A DNA stretch of 32,000 nucleotides from Psychrobacter cryohalolentis K5. GTDB lineage: Bacteria > Pseudomonadota > Gammaproteobacteria > Pseudomonadales > Moraxellaceae. Of this stretch, positions 20,595 to 28,868 are shown piece by piece. The notes under the pieces were generated by a model. It was not told the DNA's origin. It ran no database searches and saw only the letters and a program-made list of their open reading frames with translations. Each line of letters begins with the position of its first letter. Position 1 is the first letter of the stretch. Where the stretch lies: contig NC_007969.1 of assembly GCF_000013905.1 (NCBI RefSeq), positions 2,160,001 to 2,192,000 on the forward strand, in the 5' to 3' direction. The translations under genes and the position numbers were made by a program.

Positions 20595-21587
20595 TTATAA
20601 AATAGCACTCGATAAATGTGCCCGCCCATGCGGCTTATCAAAGTCAATAACAGGACCAGCCGGTATCACTCCAGTTGGATTAATCGTTGCGTGGCTGGTG
20701 TAATAATGTGCTTTGATATGTTCCATATTCACGGTGTCTTTAATACCCGATACTTGATACAAATCACACAGATAGCCCCAAAGATTGGGATAATCAACGA
20801 TGCGGCGAATATTACATTTAAAATGTCCAACATAAACGGCATCAAAACGCACTAAGGTCGTGAATAAGCGCCAATCCGCCTCAGTTATTGTGTTACCTAT
20901 TAAGTAACGTTGGTCTGCCAAACGCACCTCTAACGTATCTAGCGCAGCGAATAGCGCAACGACCGCTTCTGTATAAGCAGCTTGCGTGCTCGCAAAACCA
21001 GCTTTATAGACGCCATTATTGATAGCATCATAAACAAACGTATTTATCTCATCAATGTCTATTATTGCATCGGATGGTAAAAAATCGCCAGCTACTGCCC
21101 CAACGCCATCAAAAGCTGAGTTAAACATACGAATGATCTCAGCAGATTCATTGCTGACGATGGTATTGATCTTTTTATCCCATAATACTGGTACTGTCAC
21201 CCGCCCCGTATAATTTGGCTTTGCCGCGAGATAAACTTCATATAAATAACTTGCATTGATAATAGGGTCAGCGATAACACCTACACCCTCTGCAAACGTC
21301 CAACCTTTATCGCCCATAAAAGGATGAACCACAGACATCGAAATAATATCTTCTAGACCTTTGAGTCTGTGGTAAATCGTGGTGCGATTTGCCCATGGAC
21401 ATGCCAAAGAGACATATAAATGATAACGGTTGGCTTCGGCTTGAAAGCCACCTTGACCCGATGGACCAACACTACCATCTAACGTTACCCAATTTCTAAA
21501 GCCTGCATCTTCTCGCTCAAAGCGTCCACCGTTAGATGCTGTATCATACCATTTATCCTGCCAGTACCCATCGACCAATAAACCCAT
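20595..21587 (-). CDS. yqjG: Xi-class glutathione transferase / glutathionyl-hydroquinone reductase (YqjG/ECM4 family)
   Basis: 330 aa. The catalytic CPWANR motif in YHLYVSLACPWANRT is diagnostic of the Xi-class (YqjG/PcpF) family. The RVTVPVLWD motif is present. Confidence 0.82.
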   Translation of the reverse strand: MGLLVDGYWQDKWYDTASNGGRFEREDAGFRNWVTLDGSVGPSGQGGFQAEANRYHLYVSLACPWANRTTIYHRLKGLEDIISMSVVHPFMGDKGWTFAEGVGVIADPIINASYLYEVYLAAKPNYTGRVTVPVLWDKKINTIVSNESAEIIRMFNSAFDGVGAVAGDFLPSDAIIDIDEINTFVYDAINNGVYKAGFASTQAAYTEAVVALFAALDTLEVRLADQRYLIGNTITEADWRLFTTLVRFDAVYVGHFKCNIRRIVDYPNLWGYLCDLYQVSGIKDTVNMEHIKAHYYTSHATINPTGVIPAGPVIDFDKPHGRAHLSSAIL

Positions 21588-21846
21588 ACGGTGCTCCTAA
21601 CCCTTTCACTGTTAACTTAACTTAACTTTATTAGATACTATTCGATTATCATCAGCGTTGTTTTCTATTATCTGCAATAGTGTTACTAGATTGCCCAGTA
21701 CGAAGCGACTCATCGCTATTGACAATAAAAACTAAATTATAATTCTATTATAGCAATTAAAAATACATAAAAATCCTTATTTGACTGTCGATACAAAGCT
21801 AAATCGCAAGATCACAATAATAAGGCAGTTTTATTATAAAAAAGGC

Positions 21847-21874
21847 TTGCAAAATAGTGGAAACTTGATAGAAT
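21847..21874 (+). promoter_or_regulatory. sigma70 promoter of tRNA-Val
   Basis: TTGCAA (21847-21852), a 16-bp spacer, then TAGAAT (21869-21874), 14 nt before the mature tRNA 5' end. Confidence 0.5.
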
Positions 21875-21887
21875 ACTCAACCTAAAT

Positions 21888-21964
<77 letters not shown>

Positions 21965-21973
21965 AATATTTAG

Positions 21974-22006
21974 AAAGCCCCGGTCTAACGACTGGGGCTT
22001 TTTTTG
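21974..22006 (+). terminator. rho-independent terminator after tRNA-Val
   Basis: AAAGCCCCGGT / ACTGGGGCTTT stem followed by a T7 run. Confidence 0.85.
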
Positions 22007-22195
22007 TCCGTAAAATATGGGCTGTAGGTGAAATATAAAGCTAGGCTTGATCAAAACTTGCCCAATTATAGCCATAGCCAAACTGCATCAAAAAATCTAT
22101 GTGCCTAAATTGTGCCTTCTATCAATTCTACCTGTCTTTTAAAATAGCATTTTTGACCTTCACTCTAGTTTGCCTAAAACGTTCTTAAAATTAAT

Positions 22196-22378
22196 TTACT
22201 TCTCTTTCTCTACCGACTCGTTGGGTACGTAAGTGAACAAACCACCCACTCCAATCTCCAATGCCTCACAAATTTTATCCATAGTCTCGAAGTCTATCCT
22301 TAAAGTTTGTTCATTATAAATTTTGGGCATAGTCGATTTACTGATACCCGTTATTCTTATCAAATCTGCAACTTTCAT
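22196..22378 (-). CDS. short XRE/Cro-CI-type helix-turn-helix protein (YozG-like), possibly 5'-truncated
   Basis: LIRITGISKSTMPKIYNEQTLRIDFETMDKICEALEIGVGGLFTYVP matches helices 2-5 of the small XRE family. An in-frame stop 4 codons upstream of the ATG leaves no room for the usual first helix. Confidence 0.6.
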   Translation of the reverse strand: MKVADLIRITGISKSTMPKIYNEQTLRIDFETMDKICEALEIGVGGLFTYVPNESVEKEK

Positions 22379-22414
22379 TCTGCACGCAGCTTAATTCTAT
22401 TTGATAAATGTCTT

Positions 22415-22757
22415 ATGATTGGGATGATTACCATACCTATCAATTCAGATGATGTGGGCATTTGGTTGCCTGTTTATATTGGTGAGACGCTCGCCATGAC
22501 CACACGCTTTGTATTTACTTGTGATGGATTACTGGAAGAATTGTGAGGTACCACATGATGACAAAATCATTGCTACAATCACTGGTCTATCTGCTAATAA
22601 ATCTAAAATATTTATCAAATTGCTTTTGAGTATTCAGCTTTTTGAAAGCAATGGCGAGCTATTATTCAGCTCATATCTTAATGATAAAAAAGAAACCGCG
22701 ACAAATAATAGGAAAATAAAATCAAAACTAGGTAAAAAAGGTGCTGCTGCTCGGTGA
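22415..22757 (+). pseudogene. DUF1376 (YdaU-like, phage replication-region) gene disrupted by a frameshift near 22500
   Basis: Frame 2 reads ..GIWLPVYIGETLAMTTR (the WY.Y.GD.L.DT type N-terminus). Frame 0 continues YLLVMDYWKNCEVPHDDKIIATITGLS (the family's LL..YW..G.LP.DD..LA...G signature). The two frames meet between about 22497 and 22512. Confidence 0.55.
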
Positions 22758-22764
22758 GGTAAAA

Positions 22765-23456
22765 ATGAAAGCAGTGACAGTCAAAACTCTAAGCCTGCTT
22801 ATGATAAAAGTAATGCCCAAGGAGTATCTGCGCCATGCTAACGCCATACTTGATCAAGGACAACAAGACGTTGATACTTACTTCGACCGCATGGCATGAT
22901 GACGATGCTATTGATGGTAATCAACAGATGCGAGAAATAACCAAAGAGCTGGTGAGGTTGTTTGGTGAATGGCAGCTAAACTTTGGTAATAAAGCAAAAG
23001 CTAAGGACTATCCTATACACAAAGCCATATTATGGGCAACGGTCATCATGCATTTTCAGCCAACTGGTAAGAGCTCGGCAGCGCTCTATCCTTGAAGAAT
23101 GGCCACCAAGCTCAGCACGTGACTTGCTGGCATTAGCGGATGCAAGTGAGCAAGACTATCCAAACAGTCGCCACGCTTATCTTGATGCCGCTCAGCAAAA
23201 GTATGTCCATGCTGTGGTTTATGAGACGGCTCGAAGGATTGGCTTTTCAGACATAAAAAATAAAGCAGAAACCGTTACCCATCCCTCTTGGCAGCAAATA
23301 TATCCAAAAGTATGTCAAGAATATAGCAACGGCGCGACATTCGTATTACCTCAATCACGACAAATTGCCCATAAACACATACTTATGTCTAATGATAGCC
23401 CTATGGCAGCAACCGTTGATAAATTCTTAAAAGGGTTTGGACGGCAAAGTATTTAG
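22765..23456 (+). pseudogene. lambda-P-like phage replication protein gene, split over three reading frames (at least 2 frameshifts)
   Basis: GGTGAGG SD plus ATG 22765 open a 44-codon frame. The text continues in frame 2 (AWHDDDAIDGNQQMREITKELVRLFGEWQLNF..) and then in frame 0 (QLVRARQRSILEEWPPSSARDLLALAD..HAVVYETARRIG). The WPPS..(F/L)..L block resembles the replication-protein-P family. Confidence 0.5.
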
Positions 23457-23510
23457 TACTATATATGAATAGGTTGTAATAAACTTAACTAGTTTAGCGG
23501 TCTTTTATAA

Positions 23511-23685
23511 GTGATTTACAGCGATCAACGAGATCACACAATATATAGAGCTGTACTATAATCAGACTAGGACTCAAAGAGTTTAGGCTATCGATCGCCA
23601 AGACAGTTGTGGTTTAACTTTTATCATCAAGCTGCGTAACTAAAATCTCCCAAGTTTAACTCTACAGATTTGACGGCAGGGGTCA
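23511..23685 (+). mobile_element. IS3-family remnant: 3' end of orfB plus terminal inverted repeat
   Basis: Reads ..ITQYIELYYNQTRTQ, then after a 1-nt frame slip SLGYRSPRQLWFNFYHQAA*. This is the conserved IS3 transposase C-terminus (YYN..R.H..LGY.SP). The sequence ends ..TGACGGCAGGGGTCA, matching the IS3-type ...CA terminus. Confidence 0.65.
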
Positions 23686-23698
23686 TTATCGCCTCAAC

Positions 23699-23737
23699 AT
23701 AAAAAAAACGAAAGAACCAGAGAGGTATCTTTCGTTT
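23699..23737 (-). terminator. rho-independent terminator (minus strand) downstream of the 110-aa ORF
   Basis: AACGAAAGA / TCTTTCGTT stem. On the minus strand it is followed by a T8 run (complement of 23701-23708). Confidence 0.65.
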
Positions 23738-23891
23738 AGGACTTGCTTAGCTATACTTAGTGAAACTCATACAGTATAGAAAATATAACACTACAGTAGT
23801 GCGGCGTGGCTTAAGTCATATCATAACACCTAGACAAACACGCTCTTCCTTGCTTTATTTTTTATAGTTTATTAACTTGGTTAACATACAA

Positions 23892-24224
23892 CTACATCAT
23901 CTCCTTATTAATACAATCATCCTTATGTAGTGCGTTGTAGAGCTTCGTCTCTGCAACTTTTATCAATGCCTCACGCTTAGCATAATCGTAACTTTGGGTA
24001 GCATTGGCATCAACTAATCGGTCTTGATTGTTCTCTTCTTGCCACCCAATGATACTCTGCAAAAGCTGGGCACAATAGGCTTCGTGCGCCTCATCAAACA
24101 AGGGCGTATCGGCGGTAGGTGCACTACCAATATTATCTGAGACCGTAGTGATTGCTAACATCATGATAGCGTCAAAACTTTGCTGACTAACTTGTATATC
24201 ACTTTGCTTTTTTGTGGCGAACAT
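23892..24224 (-). CDS. hypothetical acidic protein (110 aa), orphan
   Basis: ORF-track entry with no motif I recognise. By hand count the net charge is about -8. It sits between two IS3 scars and has its own downstream terminator. Confidence 0.45.
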   Translation of the reverse strand: MFATKKQSDIQVSQQSFDAIMMLAITTVSDNIGSAPTADTPLFDEAHEAYCAQLLQSIIGWQEENNQDRLVDANATQSYDYAKREALIKVAETKLYNALHKDDCINKEMM

Positions 24225-24321
24225 TATCTTTCCCGCTGTCTTGTACTTAAGAGTTTATAACTCGCTATACTAGATTTCTGATGTGACAAACTAATGACAT
24301 CATCACAATTAATGTAATTAA

Positions 24322-24639
24322 TTACAGCTTTCAACTGAACCGTTCCAGTATTGCCGGACGCTCAACAGGGACGCGTATAAAGCCCATGAGAACCTATTGA
24401 ACCTCAATTTTAGCCCAACTATGCCCAATCAAATTTGGACGGGCGACGTGACTTATATTCGTATCAAAAGCGGCTGGTGCTATCTAGCCGTTGTTTTAGA
24501 TTTATATGCCCAGCATATGATGGGCTTTACTGTATCAGACTGCCCTGACAGTATGCTGACCGCTAAGGCGCTACAGATGGCATATCACACCAGTCAGACA
24601 TTCGCTGAAGCTAGGAGTGCCATTATTGATTATATCTGA
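24322..24639 (+). mobile_element. IS3-family transposase (orfB/rve) internal fragment, internally deleted
   Basis: Open from 24322: ..AYKAHENLLNLNFSPTMPNQIWTGDVTYIRIKSGWCYLAVVLDLYAQHMMGF. This is the NLL.R.F....PNQ.W..D.TYI....GW.YLAVV.DL block that precedes the DDE core. It then jumps to ..FAEARSAIIDYI*. No ATG, no DDE core and no IR are present. Confidence 0.7.
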
Positions 24640-24648
24640 GGCTATATT

Positions 24649-25584
24649 CTATCTAATAATGCGCCAACCTCTGAACTTAGCAAAGAAACCCTTAAGTCTT
24701 TCAGAAAAATTCAAAGCCTCCGATTCTGTTACCTCCTCGACATGATGGCGAGCCGCCAGTATCGGCTGTTCTAGCAATCTTTCATGATGATCAAAAGCGC
24801 GATCCAGACTGATACTCATGATAGAGAAGTTGGTCGGCCGTGGTAGACAGCGATATACTTGACCTTTATTAATTAAATCAATGACCATATGGGCATCTTT
24901 GAATTCAGTCAACATAAGAACCATCAAATCTGGCTGAATATTCTTTAAAGCATAAACAATGGGGGTAATATTTTCTTTATTGAGTGTCGAATCCGTAATA
25001 GTGACGCCAAAGCGTTTTTTTTGTAATAACCTTGCTGCCTGTTCAAGGTTACTGGCCCAACTCACGGTATAAGCGCTCTTAACATGACTTTTTATTTGCT
25101 GATAGACGCTCTCGTCGTCATCTAATACCAATATATTACGATTGCTACCAGTGCCACCACTAACTTTTTGAGTGTCATTACCTTGCATAGTGTTTTGGGT
25201 GATTTCTTGCGTTTGCTGAGCAATTTCTGTGGCTTTATTGACGATTTGTTTAAGCTCATCATTTTGCCATGGCTTTGTGATATAACGATAAATTTCGCCC
25301 TCATTCACAGAGTCAATCACTGCATTCAAATCAGCATAACCGGTCAGCAAAATACGTAGTGTATTTGGTGAGGCCGCTTTGATATCACGCAACACTTCTG
25401 TACCTTGCTTATCTGGCATACGTTGGTCGCTGATGACCACTTGTACATCATGCTCGCTAACATACTTCATCAATTCGCTAGCATCAGTAGTGATAAATAC
25501 ATCATGTGACTGGCGAAAATGCATTTTTAAACTGCGTAAAATGCGTGGCTCATCATCGATAAAAGCGATTTTTGGTTTTTGCAT
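24649..25584 (-). CDS. response regulator made of two receiver domains (REC plus degenerate REC) with no output domain
   Basis: REC1 has FIDDE, VISDQRMPD, LLTGY and YITKPW. REC2 (from about residue 150) has VLDDDE, ITDSTL and MLTEF, but CLPRPT replaces the conserved KPW, so the Lys is Arg. AAGAGAG SD is present. It starts 33 nt after the kinase stop. Confidence 0.85.
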   Translation of the reverse strand: MQKPKIAFIDDEPRILRSLKMHFRQSHDVFITTDASELMKYVSEHDVQVVISDQRMPDKQGTEVLRDIKAASPNTLRILLTGYADLNAVIDSVNEGEIYRYITKPWQNDELKQIVNKATEIAQQTQEITQNTMQGNDTQKVSGGTGSNRNILVLDDDESVYQQIKSHVKSAYTVSWASNLEQAARLLQKKRFGVTITDSTLNKENITPIVYALKNIQPDLMVLMLTEFKDAHMVIDLINKGQVYRCLPRPTNFSIMSISLDRAFDHHERLLEQPILAARHHVEEVTESEALNFSERLKGFFAKFRGWRIIR

Positions 25585-25617
25585 GACGCTCTCTTTAAAT
25601 AAGTGATGGGAAGTCTC

Positions 25618-27975
25618 TCAACTTTCAAATAAAGCTTGTGAAGGTTTAGGTTCATGAGCGCTAGACTGTATCGGCAACCTAATAGTAAACATCGTGCCCT
25701 CGCTAACGATTGAGCTAACCTCGATGTATCCACCATGTTGCTCGATGATTTGTGCCGTAATAGCTAACCCTAGCCCCGTGCCATCGCCTGCTTTTTTGGT
25801 AGTAAAAAATGGCTCAAAAATCTTCGCCAGCGTATTTTCTTGGATACCGACACCATTGTCTTTGACACTCACGATAATGTGCTGCTGCACGTTATCAATA
25901 GAAGAGCTGACTTGCAATGTCCCTTTATGATCAGCTGGCATGGCTTGGGCGGCATTATTAAATAGGTTCAATAATACTTGGTTGACCTGTGAAGGGTTGC
26001 ATTGAATCGGCGGTAGTTCGGCTAGATTGGTTTTGACGTCTAGAGTTTTTAAATTATTGCGCGCCATAATCAATGAGGTATTGATGCAATCATTAATATC
26101 GACATCCTTTACCTTAGATTCATCAATTCGAGAAAAGTCGCGTAAGCTGACGACCAGCTCGGCAATCTGATCAACGCCATAAAGTCCATCTTTAATCAAA
26201 TCGGCCAAATCTTCACTGACCTCATCTTCTTTAATTTCCTCACAGCATTGTAAGGTTTGCTCTATCAGTTGCTCGACTTGTTCTTGATTGATAGTTGGCG
26301 CTTTTAAGACCTGCAATAATTGATCAGTATGTTGTAGCAACTCATCAAAACGAATGAGATTATCGCCAACCAATTCCATGTTACTACGCACGTAGCCGAG
26401 CGGCGTGTTGACCTCATGCGCCACACCTGCCACCATTTGGCCAAGCGTAGCCATTTTTTCAGAACGCACCAGATGCACTTGCGAGGTTTTTAATTCATCC
26501 ATGGCTTGCTGTAAATCTTGTGTGCGGGCGGCGACTTGTTTTTCTAGATGTACATTGATTTCAGCAAGTGCGCCTTCATTCTCGACGACGCGATCAATCA
26601 GCTGATTGGTCTGCTCACTAATAATTTGAATCTCGCTGACATTTGAATAAGGCAGTTTATGCGCGCTTAATTGTTGATATTTTTTTTGTTCAATCAACAA
26701 CCCCATATCAGCCACTGACTGGGCCATGTGCTTTAGCGGCCGCGTAAAGTAGCGACGAAACACCCAAGCGGTCAACAACAAGATAGGAATGAAACCCAGC
26801 AGCATGGCTTGAATCAGTTTATTGGACAGCGCATTTGCCACGCTCATCAGGTCATTATCAGGCTTGACAATGACCATCTTCCAATACGTAAAAGGCATGC
26901 GAAACACGAAGGCGGTGGCGGGCTGCTGCAACACAAAATCATTGGGCACAGCGATGGTGTCGACCAAATGACTGTCTACCAAATTAAACGTTTGGTCGAT
27001 ATTTAACAGCAATAATGCTGAGAGCAATTTGGACTCTTGCTCGCTGATTTTATCCAGATTGGTCGTACTTAGAATACTACGAGCAGCGAGCGTATAGCGG
27101 CTTTCATCTTTAGTTACTGCCTCATCTATCAGTGTCTGATTAATACTATCTAGACTGTCCGCAATAGGGGCAAAGCTAGGATGTTTCTCGGCCAATTGAT
27201 ACGCGGTTACCATTTCGCCTTGGGGATTATCTTCAGTCGCTTGCGTAACCATAGATTGATCAGGAAAGGTCAAAAACCGATTATCCAAGTCTACTAAAAA
27301 GACATAACCACCGAGCTTATCTTGCCACTTTTTCATCGCCTCACCGAGGTTGTCTAATAGCAGATTGAAACTCACCACTCCATCAAAAGCCTGATTGCGA
27401 CTATCGTATAATGCCTTGGCACACGTCATCATCGGCTGATTACTCATCGGATCGACATAGGCACGACTCCAAACACAGTGATCATGACGCGCGTACATTG
27501 CAGGAATGTACCACCAATCACGATAATAGGGATTCGGGGTTTGGCGCGCTTGATTATAGCGCGCTAATGGCTGCATATTGCCTGAGCTATCGCGCGCCCA
27601 CACAAATGACTGCCGCTCTCTACCCTCAGCGTACATATTTGGATCAAACCATACGCCACCGCCTACAATCCGTTGATCGATTTGTTGCATGAGATTACCA
27701 AAGGTTTCTTTATAAAGAGCGTCTTGTTTTGGTAACCCGCCCGCCATCGTACTGGTGGCTTTGGCCAATCCGTCGACATGGTTGATACTCGCCATAATGC
27801 TATTGATGGCTTCATTACCTGTTTCAACCACTGTCTCTGAGGTCATCTCCAGTATGCGCGGCTTAGCTTGGGTTTCGATGACCCAGTACACCAGCAAAAT
27901 AATGAGTAAAAAAGCCAATGTTAAAATAATCAGTATACGGGTGGAGATACTACCAAACCGATCAACAACCTTCAT
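25618..27975 (-). CDS. sensor histidine kinase with a periplasmic double-Cache-like domain (TM-dCache-TM-HAMP-HisKA-HATPase)
   Basis: TM1 is ILIILTLAFLLIILLVYWVI. The periplasmic region of about 340 aa contains the Cache-like DWWYIPA..VWSRAYVDP..MMTCAKALYD..FDGVVSFNL. TM2 is followed by HAMP. H-box VAGVAHEVNTPLGYV, N-box LLNLFNNAAQAM, G1 DNGVGI and G2 GTGLGLA are present. ATG 27975 has AGGTG 5 nt upstream, so it is preferred over the track's GTG 27981. Confidence 0.9.
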   Translation of the reverse strand: MKVVDRFGSISTRILIILTLAFLLIILLVYWVIETQAKPRILEMTSETVVETGNEAINSIMASINHVDGLAKATSTMAGGLPKQDALYKETFGNLMQQIDQRIVGGGVWFDPNMYAEGRERQSFVWARDSSGNMQPLARYNQARQTPNPYYRDWWYIPAMYARHDHCVWSRAYVDPMSNQPMMTCAKALYDSRNQAFDGVVSFNLLLDNLGEAMKKWQDKLGGYVFLVDLDNRFLTFPDQSMVTQATEDNPQGEMVTAYQLAEKHPSFAPIADSLDSINQTLIDEAVTKDESRYTLAARSILSTTNLDKISEQESKLLSALLLLNIDQTFNLVDSHLVDTIAVPNDFVLQQPATAFVFRMPFTYWKMVIVKPDNDLMSVANALSNKLIQAMLLGFIPILLLTAWVFRRYFTRPLKHMAQSVADMGLLIEQKKYQQLSAHKLPYSNVSEIQIISEQTNQLIDRVVENEGALAEINVHLEKQVAARTQDLQQAMDELKTSQVHLVRSEKMATLGQMVAGVAHEVNTPLGYVRSNMELVGDNLIRFDELLQHTDQLLQVLKAPTINQEQVEQLIEQTLQCCEEIKEDEVSEDLADLIKDGLYGVDQIAELVVSLRDFSRIDESKVKDVDINDCINTSLIMARNNLKTLDVKTNLAELPPIQCNPSQVNQVLLNLFNNAAQAMPADHKGTLQVSSSIDNVQQHIIVSVKDNGVGIQENTLAKIFEPFFTTKKAGDGTGLGLAITAQIIEQHGGYIEVSSIVSEGTMFTIRLPIQSSAHEPKPSQALFES

Positions 27976-28086
27976 AAACACACCTGATATCTATGCGCTA
28001 ACTGTTATCAACAAATCAGTGAATGACTAAAGATATGAGTGATACGCAACCGCTATTTATAGTGAGCTCAAGAATACGATGCCGTT

Positions 28087-28106
28087 ATGACAATACGATG
28101 ACAATA
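28087..28106. repeat. direct repeat ATGACAATA x2 with 11-bp periodicity, upstream of the kinase operon
   Basis: ATGACAATA occurs at 28087-28095 and 28098-28106. AATACGATG also occurs twice (28073-28081 and 28092-28100). Confidence 0.4.
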
Positions 28107-28343
28107 ATCGTGTTTTACCGTATGGTAGCTATTATCTGTCTATACGCAGCAGCTATATGATTTCTTCATTGTTTATTTTTGCGACTTTTTTAGCATAAAC
28201 GACATTCCGCTTATTGCGAGCCTACGTCAGGCTTGGCAATGCCATTATTGCTTTAGATAAGGAAAAAAATATAGCTAAAGAGACAGTCCTTATTATGGGA
28301 AAGCCCACTCTAATTGGACCATGGAGAAGAGAAGCGACTATAG

Positions 28344-28550
28344 TCAGTTTAATATAAAATCGATACAGCCCATATCATGAAATAGTTTAGGTAGATTATT
28401 CTCTATCCATCCTTAGCGTAGAAATTTAGCTTGTGCCCACTTCTTCTGGATAGGATTTAGATCAGGGCTATATGGTGGTAAAAATAACAGGCGATCGCCG
28501 TGCCTATTAATTAGCTTTTGCACGCGTTTATGAAAGCTTGCGTTATTGAC
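28344..28550 (-). pseudogene. IS630-family transposase C-terminal remnant with an in-frame stop
   Basis: The minus strand reads VNNASFHKRVQKLINRHGDRLLFLPPYSPDLNPIQKKWAQAKFLR*GWIENNLPKLF.. The FLPPYSPDLNPIE..W block carries the last acidic residue of the IS630 DDE triad. A stop lies immediately upstream and no N-terminal part is present. Confidence 0.7.
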
Positions 28551-28868
28551 CTATGCTGACAATACTGTAGAAACTAACTTAGGAAATTTTAATAATAAAG
28601 CTTAATGATGATGACCCATGCTATCGACCTCATAGCCATTAAATTCACATCCAACACTAGAATTTCGATTCCCATATAGGGAATTGAACCCAATTAAAGC
28701 ACCATAACAAGTATTATGTTATTCAGTGATTTCGGTACCCTAGTGAGGACTCAAATGTTTAGCTGTAGGCTATCTATATCAGTAGTCAAAGTTATTTATG
28801 GTAGCTCAGTGTACATAGCAGTGTAATTTTCAATATAAAATGGCGAACCTTCATGTACTGATTCAAAA

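Noticed and set aside
21612-21626. (TTAAC)x3 micro-tandem repeat in the leader region of the glutathione transferase gene.
   Set aside because: It has only three units in AT-rich intergenic DNA, with no evidence of phase-variable placement relative to a promoter or start codon.
22307-22414. N-terminal third of the 79-aa track ORF (MFIINFGHSRFTD..), which overlaps the XRE gene on the opposite strand.
   Set aside because: Only the part from about 22415 onward resembles DUF1376. The upstream part is an antisense read-through of the HTH gene.
28679-28691. GGGAATTGAACCC, which reads on the minus strand as a tRNA-like T-arm (GGGTTCAATTCCC). It could be a tRNA gene or an att-site remnant marking an island boundary.
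   Set aside because: I could not fold the flanks into an acceptor stem, D arm or anticodon arm. The T-stem has a mismatch, the putative acceptor would start with TCCC, and there is no CCA. This is insufficient for a tRNA or tRNA-fragment call.
28602-28718. Open minus-strand frame ending ..GCEFNGYEVDSMGHHH*, downstream of the MFS gene. It could be a remnant of another His-tagged metal protein.
   Set aside because: It has no start codon, a stop lies 38 codons upstream, and it has no recognisable family. It cannot be distinguished from chance.
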